Shown here piece by piece: positions 13,628 through 27,993 of a stretch of DNA of 64,000 nt. This DNA comes from Candidatus Poribacteria bacterium (GTDB lineage: Bacteria; Poribacteria; WGA-4E; WGA-3G). Positions within the stretch are counted from its first letter, which is position 1; every line of letters starts with the position of its first letter. Both the position numbers and the translations under genes were made by a program. The stretch covers positions 17,315 through 81,314 of the forward strand of contig CBDBFU010000001.1 in assembly GCA_965205025.1 (NCBI GenBank). The letters run 5' to 3'. Under the pieces are notes generated by a model that saw nothing but the letters and a program-made list of their open reading frames with translations, was not told where the DNA came from and ran no database searches.

Positions 13628-13834
13628 GTGATTCACGGAAAATTGGGGTTATTAAATCCATAAACCCTTATAGATGAAGATTAATTTTTAAATTCGGCAA
13701 TTTTGAAGAAAGGTCCAGTGCGGTTAGGAAACCGCACCTACCGGGTTTGGGAAAATTAGAATTACCGAAATATTTACTTAATCCTCATGAATAAGGGTTC
13801 GTAAAATTGCTCCGTGAAGGTTTCCGTGAAAGTG
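13628..13834. repeat. Dispersed inverted-repeat module (TTCACGGA ... TCCGTGAA x2), interrupted by a MITE
   Basis: An uninterrupted copy lies at 49078..49167; the central AAACCCTTATAG/AATAAGGGTTC palindrome is split here. Confidence 0.8.
13674..13788. mobile_element. ~115-bp MITE-like element with an internal GTAG-REP hairpin
   Basis: Imperfect ~29-bp terminal inverted repeats (ATGAAGATTAA.../...TTAATCCTCAT); near-identical copy at 52013..52128. Confidence 0.8.
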
Positions 13835-13942
13835 CAATCATCTCAGAATAACAAATATTAACACTAACTTTACGCACCCCAAGATTTATCAGGCGATGAA
13901 GAACTCATACAGTTGCAATATGATTAAGGTTGCAATATTATT

Positions 13943-14140
13943 ATGTATTCAATATTTTTAACAGCCAGTGCTATCCTGTTTATAGTATGTTTAATATATA
14001 GTGTCCACAATATTTTTAAAAATTCTGACAGATATTTAGGACTATTTAAGACCTCTGTCATTGCTGTTATCGTATCTATATTATTCTTTTCATTAACTGT
14101 GATAATCCTTAAAGTTGCAATATGGATAGATAGTATTTGA
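13943..14140 (+). CDS. Small two-helix membrane protein, hypothetical
   Basis: 65 aa with two hydrophobic segments; AT-rich region, so it may be spurious. Confidence 0.35.
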   Translation: MYSIFLTASAILFIVCLIYSVHNIFKNSDRYLGLFKTSVIAVIVSILFFSLTVIILKVAIWIDSI

Positions 14141-14282
14141 TGAGAGGTATGAACACGAGTCTATATTATTTTACTCGGTATATTTATTTTAGTGAAACGA
14201 TAGTTTAATTACCTTCGTTTTTATAAAACTTTATGAAAATAAAGTAGTTATTGAATTTTTGTGTAATTTTCGTGAAATTTAT

Positions 14283-14443
14283 TTGACATAGTTTTCATTT
14301 TATGATATACTTAAAATCTGCTCTGGGATTAAACACTGTTTGTCCCGTTCTTTGAAATAAATTTGACTTAAGTTAAATACAATGGTATACTACTTTTCCA
14401 TTTGAGAATGGATTTGACTTAAGTTCAGGTTTTAGGGTATATT
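14283..14443 (+). promoter_or_regulatory. Three tandem sigma70 promoters plus a boxA-like element for the tRNA-23S-5S unit
   Basis: TTGACA-N17-TATACT (14283), TTGACT-N17-TATACT (14363), TTGACT-N18-TATATT (14414); GTTCTTTGAAA near 14347. Confidence 0.8.
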
Positions 14444-14460
14444 TAATATACCAAACGCGA

Positions 14461-14533
14461 GGGGGTGTAGCTCAGCTGGGAGAGCAACTGCTTTGCACGC
14501 AGTAGGTCAGCGGTTCAACTCCGCTCATCTCCA
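14461..14533 (+). tRNA. tRNA-Ala(TGC)
   Basis: Cloverleaf GGGGGTG/CATCTCC acceptor with G3:U70, TGC anticodon, GGTTCAA T-loop; CCA not encoded. Confidence 0.96.
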
Positions 14534-14625
14534 TCGTCTATCAGAAGTATCTTCACTTCTGAAAATTAGACGGCGTTCTTTGACAACTGTATAGAGAGGG
14601 TAAATCGGTAGAATACAATATCACC

Positions 14626-17622
<2,997 letters not shown>

Positions 17623-17678
17623 TTATTCTATTCTATCGTTCCTCAATTCTATACAGTTGTCAAATATTATTTACTCCT

Positions 17679-17795
<117 letters not shown>

Positions 17796-17800
17796 TCCTT

Positions 17801-17828
17801 AAAAAGGACAGGTTTATCCTGTCCTTTT
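17801..17828 (+). terminator. Intrinsic terminator of the rRNA unit
   Basis: AAAAAGGACAGG-TTTAT-CCTGTCCTTTT hairpin with U tract. Confidence 0.85.
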
Positions 17829-18077
17829 CCTTTAATACTCATTCCAATTCCGCTATGGGTTTATCTCAGCATTAATACATTTCTAATTCCTACGAACAAC
17901 TCTAAACAGAAATCTACCATATTTCCCTTGACAATTTCAATTCGTTATGCATTACGATAGGTTCGTCTTATACCTGATAGTTATTAAAGAAATAGAATAC
18001 ATACGAATAGTCTGTTAGCCTATCTGATCAATAGCAATATTACATTTAGCAATATTACATTAGAAAAGGATGTTTAC

Positions 18078-18548
18078 ATGATTCACAAATATAGTGTTAT
18101 GACAGCAATTGGTATTTTGTTATTTGTCGTCATCAACGGTTGTTCAAATACGACAAAACCATCAATGGACGATGGAGATGAAGAGTCCAGCACTGAACTG
18201 GCTTTGGATGAAACTTATGACAAAGTCCGAAACGGTGTCCGACTAATCTTAACCTACGATACCAATAGTAATACTTTCAATGGTACCATTGGAAAACACT
18301 ACTGGCGAAGCGATGAAGAATGTTCGCGTTGAAGTACACTTATCAAACGGAATAGAACTCGGTCCGACTATTCCGAAGGACTTAGCACCCAAGGAGAAAA
18401 TACTTATTAAACTCACTGCAACCAGCACTGATTTGATGGATGGACAGCACATCCTGAAGTTGGTAGTGGAGAACATGGTAACGACGAGGAGCATGACCAA
18501 GAAGGTGGCGAAGAACACGATGGTGAAGGTGGAGATGAACACAATTAA
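18078..18548 (+). CDS. Lipoprotein with His/Glu/Gly-rich tail (two frameshifts)
   Basis: Lipobox-like INGC; joining frames near 18290 and 18432 gives the C-terminus ...GWTAHPEVGSGEHGNDEEHDQEGGEEHDGEGGDEHN*. Confidence 0.6.
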
Positions 18549-18574
18549 TGAGATTATTTTTTGATGATTCTACT

Positions 18575-19200
18575 ATGAGACTTTCTACATATCTTTTTAC
18601 ATTGATTTCATTATTCGGGATGACAATTATTGCCTATACTGTAGAACCACCCGAAAATATCCTCAAAAACGGAGATTTTGAAGATAAACTTGACCAATGG
18701 CATCATTGGACACACGAAAATGCTGCTGCCCTCTTTCAGACTGAAGGCAATAAAGCAGAACCCATCGTCGGAAAGAATGCTGCATATGTGAAAATCAACA
18801 AAGCAGGGGATGCACCATGGCATATACAACTCTATCAACAACCTTTTATTCTGGAGAAAGATACTACATATACCTATAGCTTGTGGGAAAGAGTGAGAAA
18901 CCCAGAAACGCAAGAATGCGGATAATCCATCAAGGAGCTCCTTGGACAGAGTATGCTGTACAGCAAATAAGCCTCTCTGAAACATGGAAGGAATCTTTTA
19001 TCACCTTTAAAATGCCAGTCGATGACGTAAATTCACGCGCTGGGATTATCCTTGGTGGAGAAAAAGTAGATGTTTGGTTCGACCACATTCGTGTATACGA
19101 AGGAAAGTATGTCGCTGATATAGAAGGTGCTGAACCGCATGATGTACAATCTACAGATAAATTAGCAACAACTTGGGCATCACTAAAAAACCGAGATTAG
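18575..19200 (+). CDS. Secreted carbohydrate-binding (CBM4/9-like) protein, one frameshift
   Basis: Signal peptide, NILKNGDFE, PWHIQLYQ, VWFDHIRV; C-terminal DKLATTWASLK. Confidence 0.75.
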
Positions 19201-19232
19201 GGTCATATCTTATCTATTCTTAGAGAAACCTT

Positions 19233-19768
19233 ATGTCGCAATTATACAAGACAATCACACCGAAAATTCAGCAGTTTATCGAAAATCAGAAGATGTTTTT
19301 TGTCGCAACAGCAACGGCAGACAGTCGGATAAACCTTTCCCCAAAAGTATGGACTCATTGCGAGTGGTCAATCCAAATCGTGTCATCTGGCTAAATTTGA
19401 CAGGTAGCGGAAATGAAACTGCCGCACACGTTCAGGAAAATCCCGTATGACTCTAATGTTAAACTCATTTGATGAGAAACCATTGATCCTACGCCTTTAC
19501 GGTACCGCTAAAGCTATTCACGACGATGATCCAGACTGGCAGGTATTCTTCCCTCTCTTTCCCTCCCATCCGGTGCACGCCAAATCTCGACATGAAAGTC
19601 GACCTTGTTCAAACTTCCTGTGGGACAGCCGTACCACTATACGAATTCGTTGGTGAAAGAGAACAACTAAATACCTGGGCAGAGAGAAAAGGTGAAGACG
19701 GTATAAAAGCGTATTGGAAAGAGAAAAACAAGATTAGTATTGATGGTAAACCCACCCATTTTTCCTAA
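19233..19768 (+). CDS. Pyridoxamine 5'-phosphate oxidase-like FMN-binding protein (frameshifted)
   Basis: Read manually from ATG 19233: FIENQKMFFVATA...INLSPK; then LNLTGSGNETAAH...PLILRLYG and VQTSCG...YWKEKN..SIDGKPT. Confidence 0.8.
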
Positions 19769-19915
19769 TACCCAGTTACTATCTTTGTTCAAACTGTATC
19801 CGCATTATAGAAACATATACTCTAAACAACACTCCCGATCAACACGTGTCTGTGATCTATACTGTTATCATTTAAACTATAATACGATCCAACAAAGGAA
19901 TAACAGATAGTTCCC

Positions 19916-19944
19916 TTGAATTCAATACCATCACCTTGTATAAT
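19916..19944 (+). promoter_or_regulatory. Putative sigma70 promoter
   Basis: TTGAAT-N17-TATAAT about 75 nt before ATG 20018. Confidence 0.5.
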
Positions 19945-20017
19945 AATTGAAGAATCTCAATATAAAATCAACCTACAATATATCCATATCATAAATTCAT
20001 CTGTCTAACAAAATTAA

Positions 20018-22622
20018 ATGAAATATATTATTACTTCCATAGTTTTATTTACTGCTTTTTTTACTGTTGTCCAAGCACTCCCACCAGATCCAGAACTACA
20101 AAAACGCAATACAAACAGCACGAGAGTTCAAAACCTAAAACCAAGATATACCTTTGACGAGATCGACAAATGTGCAACTGATAGTTTCGTCACTATCGCA
20201 AAAAATTGGCAAAACCTACCCTCTATACACAGGCGAGAACTCAAACCTATCTTTCTACGTCCCGGACTTCCGGGCAGCTTCTTCGGCGATATTACATTAC
20301 CGTTACAATTCAATACACCGCACTTCAGAATTCACTATACACGGGTAGAACCGCATGCACCGCCACTTGAAGATTTTCATCGAAGAACGGTGTTCCTGAT
20401 TATGTGGATATATGTGCAGATGCCCTGGAACGATCATACCACATCCAAATTGACTTGATGGGTTTTAAAAACCGTATAGTGATTTTTGGGCTGCACAGAA
20501 CGGTGGCAATCATAAATACGATGTCTACCTTTTTACATTTCCCGCACTTGGAATTGCAACCGCAGATTGGTTCGAAGGTCGCGTCCTATCCACAGCGTTA
20601 ACTGTTGCTCCCTATTTCATGATCAATTCGCGTATTTACGATTATGTCGGTAAAGCAGAGGGAATACGTTATCTTGAAACAACCTGTGCTCATGAATTTT
20701 CTACACGGTATACAGTTCGGGTACAATGCGTATATGCCAACATGGTTTATGGAAGCATCCGCAACATGGATAGAAATCATGACCTACGATGGTGGACTTG
20801 TCGACGACGGGGACAATATACCTGACCCTGACGAACCTAACGAAACGAATTCCTATAACTATTATATCAACCAACTACGTCGATGGTTTCTTATTCCCGA
20901 TATTTCCCTTGAAAGTAGAATAGGAGATCATGAATACGGGTCAGTTATTTGGACACTGTATATGGCGGAAAGATTCGGATACGACATCGTACGACAATTC
21001 TACGCTAACACAACGGATGGGAGTTATCGAGAATTTGGCAACTTCTACGATGTTTTCATAAATAATGGCACTACCCTTGCAGAAGCATTCAAGACTTTTA
21101 CTGTTTGGAACTATTTTACACATACACGTGCCTATACAAATCTTGAACTACCGGGATATAGGAATGCTCATCGTTTCCCACCTGTTGCTATCCATCCTAA
21201 TGATGTCCATACAAGCTATCCGATACGGACTGATTTCATTCAGAATCAATGCCTGAACACTTCGCATCTCGATATATTGTCTTTCGTCCTTCAGGTATTA
21301 TCCCAGAATTCACTTTAAGATTGATGGTGCAGACCTCGCACCGATAGACATGAATACGCTAATAGATACGGATAAAGTGGCAATTGAGAATGAACTCAGA
21401 AGACACAGTAATACGGGCTACGTGGATGGGCTGCAAAATTCATTGTCAAAAAACGGATCGGAAATACAGAAATCAAAGAGGCGTTCACATATCAACGGTC
21501 CCAAGAGGCACAAATGACCTTCACAGATTTTGGTGGGATATTAAAGAAATCACACTCATCCTTATTAATATGCACCCTGATGTGGAACAGGTTATAATCC
21601 CAGGTGGCACATTTGGTGGGTCTGTTAGCGTGATAGCTGGTGTTCCACCATCAGGACAAATCTCAACTGCACAGGTCGCACACGGAAGTAGAGGTCCAAT
21701 TATCAATTGGACACTTGGTGATCCTGCAGATATACATGAAATTGTTATTGTCAGGAAACGATATCTTATAGAAAATGAAACTGATACCCCGCAACCTTTC
21801 GAAACACCAGATGACGTCAGTGCAGTTGATAGGAATTGGGGATGGCATTGCCGAAGACGATATTACAATCGTAGGACGCGTTGGACCCCACCCAAACTCA
21901 GTTTCAAGATACTACTGTCTTTCAAGATGTAGATTTAGAGTTCTATGAACCAACTGACGTTCACTATTATTACGCGGTTGTTCCGGTAAATGATATAGGT
22001 ATTATGGGTACACCGACTATAATTTCAGAGAGTGTTACACCGAGCACGAGCATAGATGCCTTAAACGGGGCACCGGCATTTTTTATTAATACACAACCGC
22101 ATGCTACAGGTGTGTGGAATGTTGAAGTACAAAGTACACACTCACTGCAAAGCGCTCCATACTTGACAGTAGAAAGTCCTAATAGAGATAATTATACTAT
22201 TACATTGACACAAGAAACAGCAACAAAATGGAGAGGGAACACTTCGCACTAATGGGATTTCCACCTGCGTGTATCTATCTGTATACTATTCGTGGAAAAA
22301 CACCTTCTGGGATTACAGGGAACCAAATTTGGCAGGGACGTATTTTCAACTATGCAGTAAAGTATACAGGTAGAAATGTTGTCGTTGCACCGAATCCTAT
22401 TCGACCTGAACAATGGAAACCAACACATATCTTTCTATCCAAACGGGTTAAGCGTTGAAATCTACGATATATCAGGAAATCTAATTAAAGTCCTTGATAA
22501 CGCATCTAATTGGGATTGTACTAACCAACGTGGTGAAAGAGTGTGTGCTGGATTATACTTTTTCCGGGCGTCTGATGGAAATGGGATATCAGAGTACTGG
22601 GAAATTCTCTGTCGTAAAATAA
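20018..22622 (+). CDS. Large secreted zinc metalloprotease-like protein with C-terminal FlgD/T9SS-like sorting domain, broken by many frameshifts
   Basis: Signal peptide, HFRIHYT, joined AHEF(L)HGIQFGY...WFMEASATW. C-terminal VVAPNP...VEIYDISGNLIKVL...WDCTNQRGERVCAGLYFFRA. Confidence 0.7.
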
Positions 22623-23449
22623 TGAAAAATACTCAAATCTCAATCTGCCCCTTTTTAGTTATTCTCTTTCTACTATTCCTTGTGAGTTGTGATGAAGGTC
22701 TGATTGATCCACACGGTGAAACAAAAATACCAACACCCGATACAACAGGAACATTAACGGCTATTGATTTTCCAACAGATACAGGATCGGCATGGACATA
22801 CATCAACGTTGATACCGGTCAGGAATTCACGCTCCGTGTTAGAGGCACTCGTGACATCAGTGGAACAACGCATCGGCAGATGACCATTAGCCCACTTACC
22901 ACTGCGGAACCGGACGAGTTCATCCTTGATACTGTTGATCATTTGGCAGCAAACGCATATTATTTTCGATTCTTTGAAACCGATTTTTATCCCGGAATCC
23001 CCCCGATTTTGGCTACCTACTTTACAAAACCCCACAAGCGTTGGTGGAATCCGCTTATGATGCCTTTCTTTCGCCCCAAAATCCGGTATTTCACCAAAAA
23101 CACTTTCCGCCGCGTCTACTATGGATTTTCCGTTAGAGGTTAACAAAGAATGGGTTGTTTTTGACAAAAACATAGTGATCCGGTCTCTGCTACTCGGTAT
23201 GTAGCAGAGAAAGATGTACAAATTTCTGTGCCTGCTGGGAGATATAGTACTTATGTTGTCTACGAAGAAGTTATCTACGGAGATAGTGACGATCCGACAG
23301 TTAGCCTGATTAGTCACCCGCAATATATTGGGTGGCACCATCAGTTGGGGTCGTAAGGTATAGATTCAGTCGTTACCGCTACAGACACATTTCAAACACA
23401 AACCTTCGAACTGAAAAGTGTTCACCTTCCCGGTCCTCATAGAAATTAA
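22622..23449 (+). CDS. Lipoprotein of unknown function (frameshifted)
   Basis: MKNTQ...LFLVSC lipobox; start overlaps the upstream TAA; FPTDTGSAWTY and VPAGRY motifs across frames. Confidence 0.55.
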
Positions 23450-23505
23450 AACACTGTTAAATAAGCAGTTCTCAGACATAGGATGTCAGTCAGTCGGGAA
23501 CAGAT

Positions 23506-24751
23506 ATGAATGATGCCAATCATGATAAAGTTAACAGAATCCCGTTAGCACATCGAAATATACCTATTACTATCATTGGTGGAGGAATCCATGGAATATC
23601 CATTGCACTTCAACTGCTCCGTGAAAAGCCAGTCGCTGCGAAACATCTTGTAATTGTGGATAGATATCCACAACCACTCACTGCTTGGCGACAGAAGACC
23701 GAACGCCAGGGAATGACATTTCTCAGATCCCCAGCCGTACACCATACCACACCTGATCCTCTCGGAATCGTTGATTATGCTAAACGTCATAATCGAACAG
23801 ATGAATTGGCACCACCGTATTCACAACCATCCACAAGTCTATTTTGGGATTACTGTAATGACGCACTTGCTGAACTCACGGAACACCCTATCTATTACCA
23901 GTTTGAAGTGTCGAAATTACAATGGGATAAAGGGACAGGTAAATATCCGTTCCGTATAATATCCACAAACAATGAAGGATTTCGTAGTAGTTGTATTATC
24001 CTTGCTATCGGTGCTGATGACTGTGCGTATGTACCGCCAGCATATACCGAATGGCAATACCAATTCCCAGATAGAATTATACATGCATCTGAATTCTCGG
24101 TAGACTGTAAAGAAGTTTTTGATGAAGAAGGGAAAATAGTGATTGTTGGTGGAGGGTTAACCGCAGGAACATTGGCGAAAAGTCTAAGTGAACGCGGACA
24201 TCACGTGATGCTAATTATGAGGAATAAGGTGAAGATTGAACAGTTCGATTTTCCACCAATCTGGTTAGGTCCAAAAGCACTTACTGAATTTTCAAATGAG
24301 ACCGATTTCCTAAAAAAATACAAAATAATTCAGGAAAATAGAGGAGAGGGTAGTATCACACCGGGAGATTATGGATGTGTTAGAAAAAAGTCCAAACGTT
24401 GAAATCTATCCTGAGACCTATATTTGCAATGTTACCGCGTCACATCACTTACAAGTTGAAACAACACGCAGTATGATGTCGGGTGTATCTCGTATTATTC
24501 TCGCAACAGGCTATAGATTCAACTTACGCAGATACGGATTCTTAAAAGAGTTAGTAGCACAACACACCATTCCACTTATCTGCGGTTTACCCAAACTTGA
24601 TCCTGATTTACAATTCCATCCAATTGAGAATCTGTTCGGTACAGGCACTCTGGCGCAGCTTCAAATTGGACCAGCAGCAGGGAATATTGCAGGTTCACGA
24701 CTATCGTATGAACGATTCAAGGGAAAACTCTTCAAACAACTGTTTTTCTAA
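23506..24751 (+). CDS. FAD/NAD(P)-dependent oxidoreductase (flavin monooxygenase-like), one frameshift near 24365
   Basis: IIGGGIHG, LRSP, IVGGGLTA, ILATGY, and IGPAAGNIAG motifs. Confidence 0.85.
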
Positions 24752-25024
24752 TGCCTATATATACTTAGAGATTGCTAAAATAAAAATTCATCCTTTATAG
24801 TTTCTGTTTAAAACATAGATACATTACTTTACCTAATTGTTCTTAAGGATAGTTTTGAAGAATACCATACACTGGGATTTTCAAAATTGGTTTTTTTTAC
24901 TATTTGTATGAATCTTGATTGATGACATCTTTGTCAAATTAAATTGGTAAAGGTTAGGGTGGCAAGCACCTTAACAACTAATGTGATTACAACCCTCACC
25001 TTTTAGCCAAAGTATAAATGACAG

Positions 25025-25336
25025 TCATTCTGAATTAAGTAATTTATCAATAGACCCTACTTTACATATAATTTCTACAGGACTACCTATGTTAACATAA
25101 AATCCTAATACTTCCATTACCTTCACATTACCTTTGCTGTCTAAAAATTGAAACTTAGGATTCTTAATATAATAGTCATATTCGCCACTTGGACTATTCA
25201 TAGTTTTTATAATTTCTATATAAGAATTAGACGAATCAATATTTTCGGCTTTTGGACGGCCAAACATGAAAACCCCTATCACAACTAGTGCAAGACATAT
25301 ATATGCAGCGTATATTAAATTGTCTCGATTGAACAT
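25025..25336 (-). CDS. Hypothetical membrane-anchored protein
   Basis: N-terminal hydrophobic helix; AAGGGGG RBS; overlaps the upstream gene. Confidence 0.55.
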   Translation of the reverse strand: MFNRDNLIYAAYICLALVVIGVFMFGRPKAENIDSSNSYIEIIKTMNSPSGEYDYYIKNPKFQFLDSKGNVKVMEVLGFYVNIGSPVEIICKVGSIDKLLNSE

Positions 25337-25968
25337 TGATTACCCCCTTTTAATTTTGATTGTAAAGACTGAATACGTCTAACAGAAACTGCGATTATCC
25401 CAAATATTATTATGCAAACAGATAATATATATCCTATTTTATTTTCTACTAATGGATAAATACCGATAACTATAAGTATTGTAAATCCTAATTGAAATAT
25501 GAAAGGTGCATGCAACTCGTGAAATGCCAACGGAAAATACAATTCTGCATCTTGATGCATTCTATCATAAGATTTCTTAATAAAGTCGTACTTGAGTTTG
25601 CATTCCAATTCTTTAATAACTTCATACCTATTAGATGTAGTATCTAAATATCCTAATATATTACGCAACCATGATTCCGACAACATAGCACCTAATATAC
25701 CTATGAGACACATTGATAATGCCATCACTTTTGGACTTAAATTAACTTTTTCACTTGATCCAGCAAAAACTACACTTAGTAAACCTCCGCTACGAAGTAG
25801 TGCTGTCAATGCTAAAATTATTACAGATAGAGCAAGTATATAATACCTATTAACGTTAACCCTCCTATTACTCATTTCATTCATGTTGTCAAAATGTAAC
25901 TTGTAAATATCTAAATACTGGTTGTTTTCTGTGTCAGTATTAGAATCACTAACTTCATTACTTCCCAT
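25315..25968 (-). CDS. RipA-like multi-pass membrane protein (putative defence effector)
   Basis: YLDIYKLHFDNMNEMSNRRVNVNRYYI followed by TM helices and W...Y...YEVIKELE; GGAGG RBS. Confidence 0.6.
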   Translation of the reverse strand: MGSNEVSDSNTDTENNQYLDIYKLHFDNMNEMSNRRVNVNRYYILALSVIILALTALLRSGGLLSVVFAGSSEKVNLSPKVMALSMCLIGILGAMLSESWLRNILGYLDTTSNRYEVIKELECKLKYDFIKKSYDRMHQDAELYFPLAFHELHAPFIFQLGFTILIVIGIYPLVENKIGYILSVCIIIFGIIAVSVRRIQSLQSKLKGGNQCSIETI

Positions 25969-26268
25969 AAAAACCTCCTATTGAGAAAATATCTAAAATT
26001 TAATGTAACCTAATTGGTTAAAAAAACGTTTCGCAATTAGGACAATTTGTCACTGCATAACAACATATTATCATACCACAATTCTCGTTGCAACTTCTTT
26101 TTAATTCCACATGCATGATGTCTTGAAAAGAACGAAACTTTGGAGATTGCGTTTCAATATTGTCTAAAATGAAATTAACGATGTGAGAATTTTAAATTAT
26201 TTCATAAACTATTCATTGCGATATGTAATAGAGATAATCTAGCATAAAGTTTCAAGGAGATTTATAGA

Positions 26269-27993
26269 TTGATACGATTCCCGAATCCTGGTTCAGATAT
26301 CAACAGTATCGTTAGGATATTCTACGAGATTTTTGAAGTACTAAATTCTCAAAACTCCTTTTCTCTTGATGATATATTATTAACTCTTATTGAGCGCGAT
26401 TTAGCTACTTCGTGTGGATTCATGGGTGAAGAAGCCCTTTCGCTCTCAGTACGTCCGGATAGAAGCCGGGATCCTTTATACAATCAATCCAAAATGTACT
26501 CTGAATTGTTTAAAATATTAGGTTGGATTCATCCGTTTGAACGTAAATTAAACTTTCGATTCACTTTTTTCGGAGCACATGTTATTGAAGCAAAACTGGA
26601 TCCATCATCAATTTTTGAACAGTCTGCTTTGGGAATTGCTTATCCAAATGAGATTTTAGATGTTAAAGGAGATTATCAATTAAGACCATTTGTAACCTTC
26701 CTGCGGACATTAGAAGCGTTAGATGGGTTGTTAGCGCGTGATGAGTTAATAATCGGTCCAATGTGCCTAGATAATGACCGCGATAATAGACTTTTTGACA
26801 GTATGGTAGAGGAGATTCAAACTTTAAGGGGTTCTTCGGAAGCTTTGAATAAAAAAATGAAAGCAGTGGCTGGTCAAAGAAATATATTACTCAATACAAT
26901 GAGAAACTATACTCGGTTTCCCTTGGCGGTGTTGCGCTGGACAGGCTGGACAGAGGGTGAAACCAACAAAGTTATTTACGATAAACCGATAAAGTTTGAC
27001 AAATTAACGGATAAAGGATACAGAGTGTTGAAATTAATTGAGGGAAGTAAAGATATTAGGAAAACAGACTTACAAAAAATTAATCCGGCGACAAAAGATG
27101 CAATAACCCGCCTAGGTTTCTACCAGATTTTGGAAAGGGCAGGTTTTGATATAGATTCCATCAAGTCTATGCTTGTTGAGGATAAGGTTTTGGTCTCGAA
27201 TTATTTGGGCACCACCGACTATTCTATCCTTTTTTCTCCCTTTCAGGAACTGCATTCTGATTACTTGCATACTATTTTCCCAAACTTATCTGGTAGCAAG
27301 ACTTCCGATACTTCCTTAGATTTGTTCCATTCTCCTGTTCGTGGTAATGCTTCTGAAATCCTGTATTCAAGTGTTGAACTTAAAGGAGAAACAGGGCTTC
27401 TTATTATGGAATCAACTTCTGATCAACAGGATGTTGACAAAGAAATCCTTGGTGTTTTTAAGGATTCAATGGAGCAGGATAAGGGTCTAGAAGCGACAAT
27501 AGAATCTATCATGTCTAAATACGCAGATTTAAACCAAGATAAATTCTATCCACTCGTTGAAAAATTGTTTAAAGCGATTGGATATGATTGTAAACTTTCG
27601 AGGTATGGCGGAAACTATGAGAGATGGGATGCTATTATCAGAAGTCCGAAGCATTCGATACCAATAGAAATTAAGTCGCCCGGTGAAGAAATATTTCTGT
27701 CAGTTAAAGCTATTAGACAGGCACTCGAAAATAAAATTGTTTTGCTGGCTCGTAATGCATATCCTACAGAATTTAATGACACGTCACTTGTTGTCTGCTA
27801 TAAGTTACCTAATAACCGTTCCGAAGTTAATTCGTTAATTAATGATATATTTGAAGTTTATGATATAGTTATTGGAGTTATAGATTTTAGGACGCTGCTG
27901 CAAATTGCTGGATCTTGGTTGTTTCTGGAACAAGAACATGATAAAGGTAAGTTGGAGAAGTTACATGGCATTATCAAATTATCAAGTCCTTAA
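26269..27993 (+). CDS. Putative type IIS-like restriction endonuclease large subunit (AlwI/BstNBI-like)
   Basis: LRPFVTFLRTL..LDG.LARDEL and NYTRFPL..LRWTGW recognition-domain-like segments; C-terminal WD...IPIEIKS PD-(D/E)xK. TTG start with AAGGAG RBS; next to two MTases. Confidence 0.7.
   Translation: MIRFPNPGSDINSIVRIFYEIFEVLNSQNSFSLDDILLTLIERDLATSCGFMGEEALSLSVRPDRSRDPLYNQSKMYSELFKILGWIHPFERKLNFRFTFFGAHVIEAKLDPSSIFEQSALGIAYPNEILDVKGDYQLRPFVTFLRTLEALDGLLARDELIIGPMCLDNDRDNRLFDSMVEEIQTLRGSSEALNKKMKAVAGQRNILLNTMRNYTRFPLAVLRWTGWTEGETNKVIYDKPIKFDKLTDKGYRVLKLIEGSKDIRKTDLQKINPATKDAITRLGFYQILERAGFDIDSIKSMLVEDKVLVSNYLGTTDYSILFSPFQELHSDYLHTIFPNLSGSKTSDTSLDLFHSPVRGNASEILYSSVELKGETGLLIMESTSDQQDVDKEILGVFKDSMEQDKGLEATIESIMSKYADLNQDKFYPLVEKLFKAIGYDCKLSRYGGNYERWDAIIRSPKHSIPIEIKSPGEEIFLSVKAIRQALENKIVLLARNAYPTEFNDTSLVVCYKLPNNRSEVNSLINDIFEVYDIVIGVIDFRTLLQIAGSWLFLEQEHDKGKLEKLHGIIKLSSP

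Noticed and set aside
22754-23341. 195-aa minus-strand ORF
   Set aside because: Antisense shadow of the frameshifted plus-strand lipoprotein.
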